DNA of 64,000 nt from Bacillota bacterium (GCA_014360195.1 JACIXY010000001.1:186989-250988), one strand, 5' to 3'; numbered from the stretch's first letter, positions 1-10,716 are shown. The notes: generated by a model from the sequence alone, not told the origin. Translations and numbers: made by a program.

Positions 1-25
1 GCGCAGCCGTGCCGCGCCCGCCCCG

Positions 26-155
26 TTAAGTGAGGGTGCGTTACTCCTTGTCTCTGTTCCAGTAGTTGCCGGGTTGCCGGTGTTGTACTCTCTCTTTGAG
101 TCACTGGCAACCCCTCCCAGAAGTCGGAGGCGTTTCTGCACCCTCACTTGGCACC
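26..155 (+). repeat. MITE-like element, short form (~130 bp), both terminal inverted repeats present (AAGTGAGGGTGCG ... GCACCCTCACTT)
   Basis: Near-identical to copies at 42036-42160 and 62878-63006 (reverse orientation). Core CCAGTAGTTGCCGGGTTGCCGGTGTTGtACTCTCTCTTTGAGTCAcTGGCAACCCCTCCCAgAAGTCGG. Confidence 0.8.
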
Positions 156-195
156 CTGGCGGGGCCGGCACCCGCGATCCGCCGACCCCGGCAAT

Positions 196-224
196 TGACG
201 CCGGGATCGGCCTGTGCTAAACTG
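196..224 (+). promoter_or_regulatory. sigma-A-like promoter (TTGACG-N17-TAAACT) upstream of tyrS
   Basis: -35/-10 hexamers with 17-nt spacer about 25 nt upstream of the tyrS start. No T-box motif (AGGGTGGNACCGCG) was found in this leader. Confidence 0.4.
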
Positions 225-247
225 AACGTAACGCTGGCTGGGAGGTA

Positions 248-1474
248 TTGGTGGTGACTGTTGAGGAGCAGGTGAACATCCTGAAGAGGAAGGCCGCGGA
301 GATAGTGTCAGAGGAAGACCTCCGTGAGAAGCTGGAGCGGGCATCGCGCGCGTCCCGGCCGCTCCGCGTGAAGCTCGGGCTGGACCCGTCGGCGCCCGAT
401 ATTCACCTCGGGCATGCAGTGGTCCTCCGGAAGCTGCGGGAGTTCCAGGACCTCGGTCACGAGGTCGTCCTGGTGGTTGGGGACTTCACAGGGCGCATCG
501 GTGATCCCACGGGGAAGTCGGAGACGAGGCGGCAGCTTTCAGTGGACGAGGTCACGAAGAACGCTCGTACATACCAGGATCAGGCATACAAGATCCTGGA
601 CCCCGCGAGGACCAGGATCGCGTTCAACGGCGAGTGGCTTTCGAAACTTACGTTTGAGGATGTCATCAACCTTGCGTCCAAATACACCGTGGCGAGAATG
701 CTCGAGCGGGACGAGTTCAGCGCGAGGTTCCGCGAGGAGCAGCCCATATACATCCACGAGTTCTTCTACCCGTTCATGCAGGCGTACGACTCCATTGCGC
801 TCAACGCCGATGTCGAGCTTGGCGGCACGGACCAGAAGTTCAACATCCTCTTCGGGAGGATGCTGCAGCGCGAGTACGGCCAGGAGCCTCAGGTTGCCAT
901 GCTCATGCCCATCCTCGTCGGCACGGATGGTGTCAACAAGATGAGCAAGAGCCTGGGCAATTACATCGGCGTGGCGGAGCCACCATCGCAGATGTACGGC
1001 AAGACCATGTCCATATCCGATGATGTCATGATGACTTTCTACGAGCTTGCGACCACGCTTCCCGATGAGGAAATAGAGGCGGTGCGCGAGGCGCTTGCCT
1101 CCGGGCGGCTGCACCCGAGGGACGCGAAGAGGCGCCTCGCCCGCGAGATCGTGGCGCTTTACCACGGCCCGGAGGCCGCGAAGGCCGCTGAGGAGGAGTT
1201 CGATGCCGTGTTCCGTAAAGGGGAGCTGCCGGAGGACGTTCCCGAGGTGGTCATCTCCAGCGCGGACCTGGCCGACGGTAAGATGTGGTGTCCGAAGCTC
1301 CTCGTGGCTGCGGGCCTCGTCGACAGCACCAGCGAGGCACGCCGCCTCATCAACCAGAGGGCGGTGAGGGTTGACAGCGAGAGGGTGACGGACCCGCAGG
1401 CGTGCGTGGCGGTCCGGCCGGGCATGGTGGTCCGGGTGGGGAAGCGCAGGTTCGCAAGGGTCCGTCTGAACTAG
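248..1474 (+). CDS. tyrS: tyrosine--tRNA ligase (class I, HLGH and KMSKS motifs, C-terminal S4 domain)
   Basis: ORF translation contains HLGHAVVLRKL, KMSKSLGN and a C-terminal S4-like RLINQRAVRVD. The real start is probably the GTG at 251/254 behind the RBS GGGAGGT. Confidence 0.9.
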   Translation: MVVTVEEQVNILKRKAAEIVSEEDLREKLERASRASRPLRVKLGLDPSAPDIHLGHAVVLRKLREFQDLGHEVVLVVGDFTGRIGDPTGKSETRRQLSVDEVTKNARTYQDQAYKILDPARTRIAFNGEWLSKLTFEDVINLASKYTVARMLERDEFSARFREEQPIYIHEFFYPFMQAYDSIALNADVELGGTDQKFNILFGRMLQREYGQEPQVAMLMPILVGTDGVNKMSKSLGNYIGVAEPPSQMYGKTMSISDDVMMTFYELATTLPDEEIEAVREALASGRLHPRDAKRRLAREIVALYHGPEAAKAAEEEFDAVFRKGELPEDVPEVVISSADLADGKMWCPKLLVAAGLVDSTSEARRLINQRAVRVDSERVTDPQACVAVRPGMVVRVGKRRFARVRLN

Positions 1475-1476
1475 TC

Positions 1477-1546
1477 GGGTCGCCGGTGTTGCATCCTCTC
1501 TTTGAGTCGCCGGCAACCCCAAAGGCGCGAGAGTTTTTCGCACTTG
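1477..1546 (+). repeat. degenerate short-form MITE-like remnant immediately after tyrS stop
   Basis: GTCGCCGGTGTTGCATCCTCTCTTTGAGTCGCCGGCAACCCCAAAGG resembles the core of the repeat family. TIRs are absent. Confidence 0.5.
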
Positions 1547-2060
1547 CTCTTGGAGCAGAATTGCTCAGTGCGGCCCATGCGTCGGACAAAGTGGCGGAAA
1601 GGCGACCAGGATGACGGCTGGCGGTGGGCGCTCGGCGTCAACGGGGGTCGGCTAGACCGGGTTTTGGTGCCGCCAGGTATGGCCTTTTTGTGGGGCATGG
1701 CGAATATGATCTACCACGAACTCCTTGCGACTCCCCGAGCTACGCGCGAGGGCAAAGGAGGGACGTGGGCACATGGCTTATCGCCGCTGGTCGAGCGGCC
1801 TTCCCCGCCACGCGTGGTGGGTGGAGCTTGGCCGGGCTCTTTCGAGAGCTTTCGGGCCCAGGTGGCCTGCGCGGCGAAGACCAAGGATCCAGGCCCCGTC
1901 CAGGCCCGTCGTCCCGGCGCCAGGTGGGCATGGCCGAAGGGGGCTTCCCGGCCTGGGGCGCGATGGAGGAAGCCGTACCCTTGCGGCCCGGCGGCCGCCC
2001 ACACGAAGGTGGCCTGGGCTCCCGCGTCGCCCGCCGTGGTGGTACAGGCTGCTGAGGCGG

Positions 2061-2693
2061 ATGTTGGCTCTCGCCGTGGTCGGCGGCCTGCTCTTTGCGA
2101 TTGTGGATTGGCGCCTGAGGCCGACGCTGCACCAGATCGCAAAGGCCCAGGCCCGGGTCCTCGCCACGGAGGCCGTGACTCAGGCCGTCGCGACGGAGAT
2201 CGCGGAGGACATCCGGTGGGAGGACCTTTATGCCCTCAGGCCCGACAGCACCGGCCGGGTCGTCCTCGTTCAGCCGAACACCGCCGAGATTGACCGCCTC
2301 ACCTCCAAGGTGACCATCCGCGTGCAGGAACAACTCAAGAAGATAACCGAGACCCAGGTCAGGATACCCCTCGGCCAGGTCCTCGGAAGCCAGATCCTCG
2401 CGAACGTCGGCCCGCGCATACCCATCTCGGTTGTGCCTGTCGGCACAGTGACCACGAAGATACTCAGCGATTTCGAGCAGGCGGGCATAAACCAGATCCG
2501 GCACAAAATCTACCTCGAGGTCGCGGCCCACATCAAACTGGTGGTGCCGCTTGTGGTCTCGACCGTGGACGTGACGGTCCAGGTGCCGATCACCGAGGTC
2601 CTTATCATGGGCGACGTACCGCAGACCTACATCCAGTTGCAGGGTTCGGAGCTACGGAACCTCCTTCAGCCGCAGACTCCTCCAGGGCAGTAA
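2061..2693 (+). CDS. yunB: sporulation protein YunB
   Basis: N-terminal TM segment (MLALAVVGGLLFAIV) followed by a YunB-like domain (QIAKAQARVLATEAVTQAV...NTAEIDRLTSKV...). The upstream in-frame extension from 1725 is Arg/Pro-rich and looks non-coding. RBS GAGGCGG precedes the ATG at 2061. Confidence 0.6.
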   Translation: MLALAVVGGLLFAIVDWRLRPTLHQIAKAQARVLATEAVTQAVATEIAEDIRWEDLYALRPDSTGRVVLVQPNTAEIDRLTSKVTIRVQEQLKKITETQVRIPLGQVLGSQILANVGPRIPISVVPVGTVTTKILSDFEQAGINQIRHKIYLEVAAHIKLVVPLVVSTVDVTVQVPITEVLIMGDVPQTYIQLQGSELRNLLQPQTPPGQ

Positions 2694-2820
2694 AGGGTGC
2701 TGCTTTTCGGTCCGGTCTGCGCATTTCTCTCCCAGCCAGTCTCCCGCGCCGGCAAGCCGTATGAATTCGAGCCCCCGATCCTCGAGGCCCGGAAGGAATC
2801 TGCAGGATCGAGGAGAATTT

Positions 2821-3516
2821 ATGCAGATGAAGAGCAAGGCGCGAAGAGGGGGTCCGGCTGGAATGCCCAGAAGTCGGGACATGGTCCTGACTCGAAGTTA
2901 TATCCAACGTTGGATCGTTATTTGGGAAACGGTCCTTGCCCTGTTTGTGCTGCTGAGCGTCGCCGTGGGGAGCGTGGAACTAGTGAGGTATCTCGGGAGC
3001 CTGGTGCTACGGCCGAGCGGGACTCCGGTTCAGGATCCGTACAGCACGTTTCAGGCCCTGATAAGCCACGTGCTCATGCTGGTGGTTGGGCTTGAGCTTG
3101 GTATGATGCTCATCCGGCACACGCCCGGCAGCGTGATCGAGGTTCTCATGTACGTGGCAGCGCGAAAGATGCTCGGCCCGCAGACGACGGTGACCGAATT
3201 CCTCGTTGGCGTGGCGGCGATCGGCGGGCTCTTCGCCATCAGGAAGTACCTGTTCGTTGCCAGAATGGAGGCCAACGAACACCTCTTCAGTGCGGCCACC
3301 CCGGTGAGCGCGGTATGCCAGATCGCAGATGTGCATATACCATCAGCAATGGCGAAGACTCTCGGAGGGGTGGTGGCACGTCTTGCGGAGGAGCAAGGGG
3401 TGGCGATTGACCCACACCGGACGTTCCGTGTGGCAGACGCCCTCATTGAAGTTGTAACGGTCATGGACGGCGTGGTCGAGACCCTCAGGGTGACGCGCGT
3501 CGACCGTGGCTCCTGA
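2821..3516 (+). CDS. PsiE-like (phosphate-starvation-inducible E family) membrane protein with ~90-aa C-terminal extension
   Basis: Four hydrophobic segments with a PsiE-like pattern (VLALFVLLSVAVGSVELVRYL...LMLVVGLELGMMLIRH...IEVLMYVAARKML). RBS AGGAGA lies 5 nt before the ATG at 2821. Confidence 0.5.
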   Translation: MQMKSKARRGGPAGMPRSRDMVLTRSYIQRWIVIWETVLALFVLLSVAVGSVELVRYLGSLVLRPSGTPVQDPYSTFQALISHVLMLVVGLELGMMLIRHTPGSVIEVLMYVAARKMLGPQTTVTEFLVGVAAIGGLFAIRKYLFVARMEANEHLFSAATPVSAVCQIADVHIPSAMAKTLGGVVARLAEEQGVAIDPHRTFRVADALIEVVTVMDGVVETLRVTRVDRGS

Positions 3517-3601
3517 CCCGCGCCCGCCTGCCGATTGCGACACAAAAGCGACCCCGGACAAGGGTTCCGGGGTCGCGGCATCATGTTACTTTGCCCGGTT
3601 T

Positions 3602-5278
<1,677 letters not shown>

Positions 5279-5560
5279 CTACTTGATAGCCAGGATGTCG
5301 CTCTGACGGAGGATGATGTACTCCTCGCCCTCGATCTTCACTTCGGTGCCACCGTACTTGGCGAAGATGACTTTGTCCCCGGGCTTTACGTCCATCGGTG
5401 CTCTCTGGCCGTTTTCCAGGAGCTTCCCGGGCCCGACGGCGATGACTTCACCCTCCTGCGGGCGCTCCTTTGCGGTGTCGGGCAGCACGATGCCACCCTT
5501 TGTGCGCTCTTCCTCGGTGTTGGGCTTGACCACCACTCTGTCCTCCAATGGCTTTACCAC
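5279..5560 (-). CDS. groS: co-chaperonin GroES (10 kDa)
   Basis: [13 protein letters not shown]...[23 protein letters not shown], 93 aa, immediately upstream of groL on the same strand. Confidence 0.95.
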   Translation of the reverse strand: MVKPLEDRVVVKPNTEEERTKGGIVLPDTAKERPQEGEVIAVGPGKLLENGQRAPMDVKPGDKVIFAKYGGTEVKIEGEEYIILRQSDILAIK

Positions 5561-5586
5561 TCGTCATACCTCCTCTGGGCTGAAAT

Positions 5587-5613
5587 TTAGCACTCACCGA
5601 GGGGGAGTGCTAA
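5587..5613 (-). promoter_or_regulatory. CIRCE operator (HrcA binding site) TTAGCACTC-N9-GAGTGCTAA
   Basis: Perfect CIRCE inverted repeat read directly in the sequence, located between the groES start and a TTGACA-N18-TAATAT promoter (5626-5655, minus strand). Confidence 0.9.
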
Positions 5614-5625
5614 CAATCCGATACC

Positions 5626-5655
5626 ATATTACAGAACGTCATTCCGGATTGTCAA
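5626..5655 (-). promoter_or_regulatory. sigma-A-type groESL promoter (TTGACA-N18-TAATAT) upstream of CIRCE
   Basis: The reverse complement of 5626-5655 gives TTGACAatccggaatgacgttctgTAATAT. Confidence 0.6.
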
Positions 5656-5736
5656 TAGGTGGACCCGCAAATTTCCGGGATCGGAGCGGGGCCTGCTCAT
5701 GGGTGACCTTGCGTTCGGCGCTCCGGCCCCGCCTGT

Positions 5737-6360
5737 CTAACCGTCGGCCCAGCTTGCGAGGGCTTCGAGGATGCGGAGCAGGTCCTCTTCACCTGAAACG
5801 GGTATCCCGGCGCGAAGATCGGCCCTCTCGCCCGGTGGGAGCTTTGTCACCCTTATCCGCGTCACGCTCTTGGGCCTGCATCGGTGGCCGGGATCCCCGT
5901 AGAATACCGTGACCCAGCCGTCCTTTTCTCCTATATGCATGCTTGAAGCACAAGCGGGTGACATTCCGGCTCGCCTCTGGGACATCACCACGCGACCTGG
6001 CGTGAACTCTGTTATGGTCCAATCGGCAACCTCGCGCGCCAGTTCCTCGCGGGTGAGGCCCACCATCTCCGGAGGGGCGGCCATCCTGTTCACTTCCTCA
6101 TGGCCGCATTCGTACATGACCTTGTAGACGATCTCTGTAGAAGAAGATATCCTTGCGGCCGAGGCGAGTCCCTCCAGGCCGGCCTTGAGGCCCTCAGGGG
6201 GTAAAGATGTCCCGTTCGGCCCAGGGCGGGCCTGTTGCAGCCTCTCCCGCGCGCGTTCGATGTCATGGGCAGCCTTCAGGCTGAGGTAAGCGTACGTCAC
6301 CCCCGCCGACGCCAGGGTGAGGGCGACGCACAGGGCCACGAGCCTGCCCTTGCGGTTCAC
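5737..6360 (-). CDS. BofC-like protein (bypass-of-forespore C family; signal peptide + two small domains)
   Basis: N-terminal signal/TM segment, then a BofC_N-like region (YKVMYECGHEEV...LTREELAREVADWTI) and a BofC_C-like region (GEKDGWVTVFYGDPGH...VTRIRV). Assigned by family resemblance only. Confidence 0.4.
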   Translation of the reverse strand: MNRKGRLVALCVALTLASAGVTYAYLSLKAAHDIERARERLQQARPGPNGTSLPPEGLKAGLEGLASAARISSSTEIVYKVMYECGHEEVNRMAAPPEMVGLTREELAREVADWTITEFTPGRVVMSQRRAGMSPACASSMHIGEKDGWVTVFYGDPGHRCRPKSVTRIRVTKLPPGERADLRAGIPVSGEEDLLRILEALASWADG

Positions 6361-6598
6361 AACTTCACCCCTCTACGGATAATTGCCAGATCCCCTGGCT
6401 ATCATGCCCGAAATTGCGCGGAGTATTCCTTGAAATAAAAGAACATGGCATGCTTGCCATGTTCTCCTGCCCGATTCGAACGCGCCCCCGGACAGGGCGA
6501 GACCAGGCGGCCGGCTTCGGATGTGCGTGGCGCCGTTCATAGGTGACGGCGACGCCGCGGTCGCCAGATCTCGCCCGACATCGCGAAGCGACCGGAGG

Positions 6599-7357
6599 TC
6601 ACCCCTCTGCGGCCGCTTCCATCTCCTCGTCGGGTATATCGAAATTCGCGTGTACCTGCTGGACGTCGTCAAGCTCCTCCAGCGCCTCGGTGAGGCTGAG
6701 GACTTGCCTTGCCTCCTTGCCTGTGACTCGCACCGTGGTCTGCGGGACCCAAGTCAGCTCAGCAATGGTGAACCTGACTCCGTGGTCATTGAGGAACTTT
6801 TGCACGCTTTCGAAGTCCGCAGGGTCGGTAGTGATCTCGACGGTGGCGCCGTCAACCTTGAAATCCTCGGCACCTGCTTCCACAGCGAGGTTCATCAGGT
6901 CGTCCTCGCTCATCTTGGTGTCGGCAAGATCGACCACGAGGAGACCTTTCTTCCGAAACATCCATGCCACGCAACCGCTCTCGCCAAGATTCCCCCCGTG
7001 CCTGGTGAAGATGTGCCGTACGTCGGAGGCCGCGCGGTTTCTGTTGTCGGTCATGACCTCGACCATGATAGCGACTCCCCCGGGGCCGTACCCCTCGTAG
7101 GTGATCTCCTCATATGTTTCCGCTCCGGACTCGCCTGCACCCCTCTTTATCGCCCGCATGATGCTGTCATTGGGCATATTCACGGCCCTAGCCCGCTCTA
7201 TAGCCATCCTCAGCCTGAAGTTGGCCTCGGGGTCGGGGCCTCCCTCACGTGCCGCGACGAGGATCTCCCTCGCGACCTTGGTGAACATCCTCCCCCGCTC
7301 GGCGTCGGCCTTTGCCTTTCTGTGCTTGATGTTAGCCCACTTGGAATGTCCAGACAT
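6599..7357 (-). CDS. yebC: YebC/PmpR family DNA-binding transcriptional regulator
   Basis: MSGHSKWANIKHRKAKADAERGRMFTKVAREI... is the canonical YebC N-terminus. 252 aa. Confidence 0.9.
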   Translation of the reverse strand: MSGHSKWANIKHRKAKADAERGRMFTKVAREILVAAREGGPDPEANFRLRMAIERARAVNMPNDSIMRAIKRGAGESGAETYEEITYEGYGPGGVAIMVEVMTDNRNRAASDVRHIFTRHGGNLGESGCVAWMFRKKGLLVVDLADTKMSEDDLMNLAVEAGAEDFKVDGATVEITTDPADFESVQKFLNDHGVRFTIAELTWVPQTTVRVTGKEARQVLSLTEALEELDDVQQVHANFDIPDEEMEAAAEG

Positions 7358-7424
7358 CTCTCACCCCTCCCGTCACGACAATCTTAGCATACGGGCCAAG
7401 GGTTTGTCATCGGGTCTGCGCTCT

Positions 7425-7623
7425 TAAGCGAGGGTGCGTTAGTTCTCGCCCCTCTTCCAGTAGTTGCCGGGTTGCCGGTGTTGCACTCGGGGACGGCGCC
7501 CCAAGCGGGGCGCGCTTCGCCAAAATCCGGCCCGTCTGGCTAGGCAGCCGGATTTTGACACCGCTCGTGCAATCACCGGCAACCCCTCCCAAGAGTCGGG
7601 AGCATTTCTGCACCCTCATTTAG
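7425..7623 (+). repeat. MITE-like element, long form (~200 bp) with central hairpin module
   Basis: TIRs AAGCGAGGGTGCG ... GCACCCTCATTT. Core GTTGCCGGTGTTGCACTCGGGGACGGCGCCCCAAGCGGGGCGCGCTTCGCCAAAATCCGGCCCGTCTGGCTAGGCAGCCGGATTTTGACACC...CACCGGCAACCCCTCCCAAGAGTCGGGAGCATTTCTGCACCCTCA. About 90% identical to copies at 17908 and 44758. Confidence 0.85.
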
Positions 7624-7793
7624 GACGCCAGGTCGCCAGGTCGCCGCCTCGTCGCGTCGCATCGTGTCGCATTGCGTCGCGCCGCGCTGCCGGGCTCCTT
7701 CCGCTCCTTGCGCGTGGATGTGGGGTCTGTCCGCGGCAAAGCTGGCGCAAAGGTACCACTTTCCCCTGGCCACGATTGAGGGAGGTAAGAGCC

Positions 7794-8747
7794 CTACCAC
7801 TCGGAGGTCCCCGAGGATTCGCCCCTCGTGACGTCCTCTTTGGGAGGCACGGCCGCCGACGCCGTGGAGCCGAGGCACTCCGGCTGGCTAGGCGTCATTC
7901 CGGGGGCTGCCGGGGAGACTGTGGTGCCGGCATGGGACCCCGCCGGGAGGCGGGCCTCCAGAGTGGCGTCGGCAGAAGCGCGGGTCTGCGCCATAGCTTG
8001 AGCCCCTGCCCCTGCCCCTGCCCCTGCCTCTGCCCCCGTCGCTGCCAGACGGGTTCGAAATGGCGACAGCGTCCGGGCCTGGGCGATCTTGCGGTTGAGG
8101 TAGGCGTAGGTTGCGAGCACCATGAAGATGCCCAAGGCAGGGGGGACTATGCCGCCGATTATGAGAAAGTCATACGTCCCATGGAGCGCGATGGCGATAC
8201 CCAGGCCCCTCGCGACGAGGCCCGTGGCGTGCCGGGCGTCGAACTTCGCTCGTCCGAGGTAGTACCCGACTATCCCCGAGAACGAGGCGTGCGCGAGGTC
8301 GGTTATGAACGCCCTGAATACTCCCACCGCGAGGCCGTAGGTCGTGGCATAGAAGAGGTTCTCGGTGGCCGCGAACCCAAGACCTGCGGCGACGGCGTAC
8401 ACAATGCCGTCCATCACCTCGTCGAACTCGGAATTGTCGTACGCCGCCAGCTTCACCGCCACGAACTTCGAGATCTCCTCGACAACGCCTACCACGAGGA
8501 CGGAGACCACGAGGAGGGCCACGAGATCCTGGCGGCCCGTTGCTATGACTCTGCGGAACGGCGCCTCGAGGAAGGCCGCAGGGAAGACCGACACGACACC
8601 GTACAGGAATGCCTTTGTCACGAGGGCCTTCGGCTCGGGCTCCGCCCGGTCCTTCCGGTAAAAGAACCACACCCAGAGGAGGCCCGGACCGAGGGAGATG
8701 AGTGCCAGCGCGATAAAACCGGGAGTAATGGGGTCCATTCGCGTCAC
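7794..8747 (-). CDS. prsW: PrsW-family intramembrane metalloprotease (anti-sigma factor protease)
   Basis: Multi-TM protein with the EExxKF motif (VVEEISKFVAV) and FxxxH/H motifs (DLAHASFSGI, ALHGTYDF). The C-terminal tail contains a (GA)n run. Confidence 0.7.
   Translation of the reverse strand: MTRMDPITPGFIALALISLGPGLLWVWFFYRKDRAEPEPKALVTKAFLYGVVSVFPAAFLEAPFRRVIATGRQDLVALLVVSVLVVGVVEEISKFVAVKLAAYDNSEFDEVMDGIVYAVAAGLGFAATENLFYATTYGLAVGVFRAFITDLAHASFSGIVGYYLGRAKFDARHATGLVARGLGIAIALHGTYDFLIIGGIVPPALGIFMVLATYAYLNRKIAQARTLSPFRTRLAATGAEAGAGAGAGAQAMAQTRASADATLEARLPAGSHAGTTVSPAAPGMTPSQPECLGSTASAAVPPKEDVTRGESSGTSEW
8003..8038. repeat. hexanucleotide microsatellite (GCCCCT)4-GCCTCT-GCCCCC inside prsW (encodes a Gly-Ala repeat on the minus strand)
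   Basis: Tandem 6-nt units read directly in the sequence. The unit length keeps the reading frame. Confidence 0.8.
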
Positions 8748-8943
8748 CTTCCGCTGCAGGATCTGTTGCTGCCCTTAAGTCTTCCCAGACTCGCTCGCCG
8801 CCAATCCCGAAGGTCCCGTTCTTGCGGCACGCGGACATACCAGGACACCAGCACATCACCACACCGGCGACGGAGCTTCTCGCCCACCGCCGGTGTGGTA
8901 TAATAAGGCGGGACCAACCAGGCGGATGGTGGGGTGATCAGGT

Positions 8944-9168
8944 TTGGGCGGGTTCGGTTCGCTTGGGAAGATGCTCATGGTGCTCGGGGGCATGCTGCTT
9001 GTCTTCGGAGCGATCCTTGCCTTTGCAGACAGGCTCCCGGGCATAGGCAGGCTGCCTGGGGACATCCTGATCAGGCGGGGCAACTTCACCTTCTACTTCC
9101 CGCTCGCCACCAGCATCGTACTGAGCGTATTGCTGACGCTTCTCCTCGCGCTTTTTTCCCGCAGGTGA
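8944..9168 (+). CDS. DUF2905 family small membrane protein
   Basis: 74 aa, two TM segments, conserved LPGDILIRRGNFTFYFPLATSIVLS signature. Confidence 0.7.
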   Translation: MGGFGSLGKMLMVLGGMLLVFGAILAFADRLPGIGRLPGDILIRRGNFTFYFPLATSIVLSVLLTLLLALFSRR

Positions 9169-9417
9169 ACACGGTGGGCAGCGCGGCAGGGACCCAACAC
9201 GGAGCCGGCCCGGCGCACGCGGCGCACGCGAACGGGCGCGGGCAGGCGTGCTGCGCATCCCGAGGGCCCTCAGGGAATATCACCCTGGTGGAGCGCGGGT
9301 GGAGCGCGCGGGTGCCCAAGACGCGCATCCCAGGCGCCCGCAGGGGATATCGCATATACTGTGAAAAGCCCGGGAACCCTATGCGCGGTGGGGATGCGAT
9401 TCCCTGGAGGTAGTGCC

Positions 9418-10221
9418 ATGGCGCTCTACAGGACTGAGGGGATCGTCCTCAAGACCAGGAACTTAGGCGAGGCTGACAGGATCGTCACATTCTACTCGCC
9501 CACGAAGGGCAAGGTCCGGGCGGTTGCCCGGGGCGCCAGGAGGCCCCGGAGCAGGTTCGTCAGCAGCACTCAGATGTTCGCTCACGCCGACTTCCTGGTA
9601 TTCTCCGGCAAGTCCCTTGACAACATAAGCCAGGTCGAGGTGAAGACATCTTTTCCCCGCCTCCACGAAGACCTCGTGAAGCTGGCTTTCGCAAGCTACG
9701 CTGCGGAACTTCTCGACGCCATGGTCGAAGAGGGTGGGGAGAGCGGGGAGAGCGCGGGTAACGAGGCGATCTTCGGCCTTCTGGTTTCGTACCTTCGCGC
9801 CCTCTCTGACGCGCGCGACCCCGAGATGCTCACCCGGGCTTTTGAGATAAAGCTCTCGTCCATCCTGGGGTACAGGCCGGTTTTGGACTCATGCGCACGC
9901 TGCGGCGCAGCCCATTCTGGCGGCGAAGTCGGGTTCGACCCCGAGGCAGGTGGGCTCGTTTGTGGAGGATGTCTCGGCCGTGGGGGACCCGGCGCTGTGC
10001 GGCTCTCGCGGGGTGCGGTCGAAATCTTGAAAAGGCTGCTCCAGCTTGACTTCGACAGGGTCTCGCGGCTTGGAGCAGGCCCGGGCACGAGGGCCGAGAT
10101 AGAGAGGGCGATGAGGGCGCACCTCGACTTCAGGCTTGACCGGAAGCTGCAGTCACTCGAGTTTCTTGCGGCGGTGAAAGCCGCGCCAGGCGGCGGCCGC
10201 AAGGCTGTGACCCCTGAGTGA
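9418..10221 (+). CDS. recO: DNA repair protein RecO
   Basis: MALYRTEGIVLKTRNLGEADRIVTFYSPTKGKV... is the RecO N-terminal OB fold. The C-terminal zinc motif CxxC...CxxC (CARCGAA...CGGC) is present. Confidence 0.9.
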   Translation: MALYRTEGIVLKTRNLGEADRIVTFYSPTKGKVRAVARGARRPRSRFVSSTQMFAHADFLVFSGKSLDNISQVEVKTSFPRLHEDLVKLAFASYAAELLDAMVEEGGESGESAGNEAIFGLLVSYLRALSDARDPEMLTRAFEIKLSSILGYRPVLDSCARCGAAHSGGEVGFDPEAGGLVCGGCLGRGGPGAVRLSRGAVEILKRLLQLDFDRVSRLGAGPGTRAEIERAMRAHLDFRLDRKLQSLEFLAAVKAAPGGGRKAVTPE

Positions 10222-10248
10222 GCACGACCGAGACAGGGAGGGCAAGGT

Positions 10249-10650
10249 ATGCAAATTGACCTCGAGAAGGTGGACATCATCCGCGAGCGGGCGGGGCTTT
10301 CATACCGCGATGCCGTGGAGTATCTCGAGAGGGCTGAAGGCGACGTTGTGAAGGCTCTCGTCTTCATCGAGGAGGACAGGCGGGTGGAGCGGGCCGAGTT
10401 CGCGGGCAAAGGGCAGGAAGTCCTGGACAAGATCAAGGACGTCATACGCCGCGGCAATGAAACGAAGATAAAGGTGGAGCGCGATGGGAGGACCATGGTT
10501 GAGCTGCCGGTAACTGCGGGCATCATCGGGACGGCGATAGCGCCGCAGCTTGCGCTCGTGGGTGCCGTCACAGCACTTGCAACCGGGTGTTCCATCTCTG
10601 TCGAGAGCGCTAGTCAGTATCGCGAGGACCAGCGAGACCAGGCCCAATGA
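10249..10650 (+). CDS. DUF4342 domain protein (N-terminal UBA-like fold)
   Basis: MQIDLEKVDIIRERAGLSYRDAVEYLERAEGDVVKALVFI... is typical of DUF4342/YqzK-like proteins found next to recO. Confidence 0.55.
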   Translation: MQIDLEKVDIIRERAGLSYRDAVEYLERAEGDVVKALVFIEEDRRVERAEFAGKGQEVLDKIKDVIRRGNETKIKVERDGRTMVELPVTAGIIGTAIAPQLALVGAVTALATGCSISVESASQYREDQRDQAQ

Positions 10651-10687
10651 CGCGGCACCGGCGATCCGTGTATCGTCCAGGTCAGGA

Positions 10688-10716
10688 TTGACATGCCCGG
10701 ACATGTCTGGTATATT
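10688..10716 (+). promoter_or_regulatory. sigma-A promoter TTGACA-N17-TATATT driving the T-box leader
   Basis: Consensus -35 with a near-consensus -10 and 17-nt spacer. Confidence 0.6.

Noticed and set aside
1-247. Looked for a T-box leader upstream of tyrS (as in B. subtilis)
   Set aside because: No AGGGTGGNACCGCG core or terminator/antiterminator pair was found. The region is instead occupied by a MITE-like copy and a short promoter-leader.
66-257. Small ORFs inside repeat copies (e.g. 66-257, 7464-7619, 17945-18130, 44796-44993, 62620-62964) sharing the peptide MPGCRCCTRGRRPKRG...
   Set aside because: The similarity between the peptides simply reflects nucleotide identity of the repeat copies. 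Frames are not conserved between long and short forms, several lack starts, and they overlap TIR hairpins. Treated as non-coding repeat sequence.
1725-2060. 112-codon N-terminal extension of the yunB ORF
   Set aside because: The extension is Arg/Pro/Gly-rich low complexity and overlaps antisense ORFs. A good RBS plus ATG at 2061 precedes the TM helix expected for YunB.
7998-8040. Considered whether the GCCCCT tandem repeats, or the MITE copies, could be a CRISPR array
   Set aside because: The units are 6 nt with no spacers. The MITE copies are dispersed over 63 kb with non-uniform spacing and no cas genes. No CRISPR array is present.
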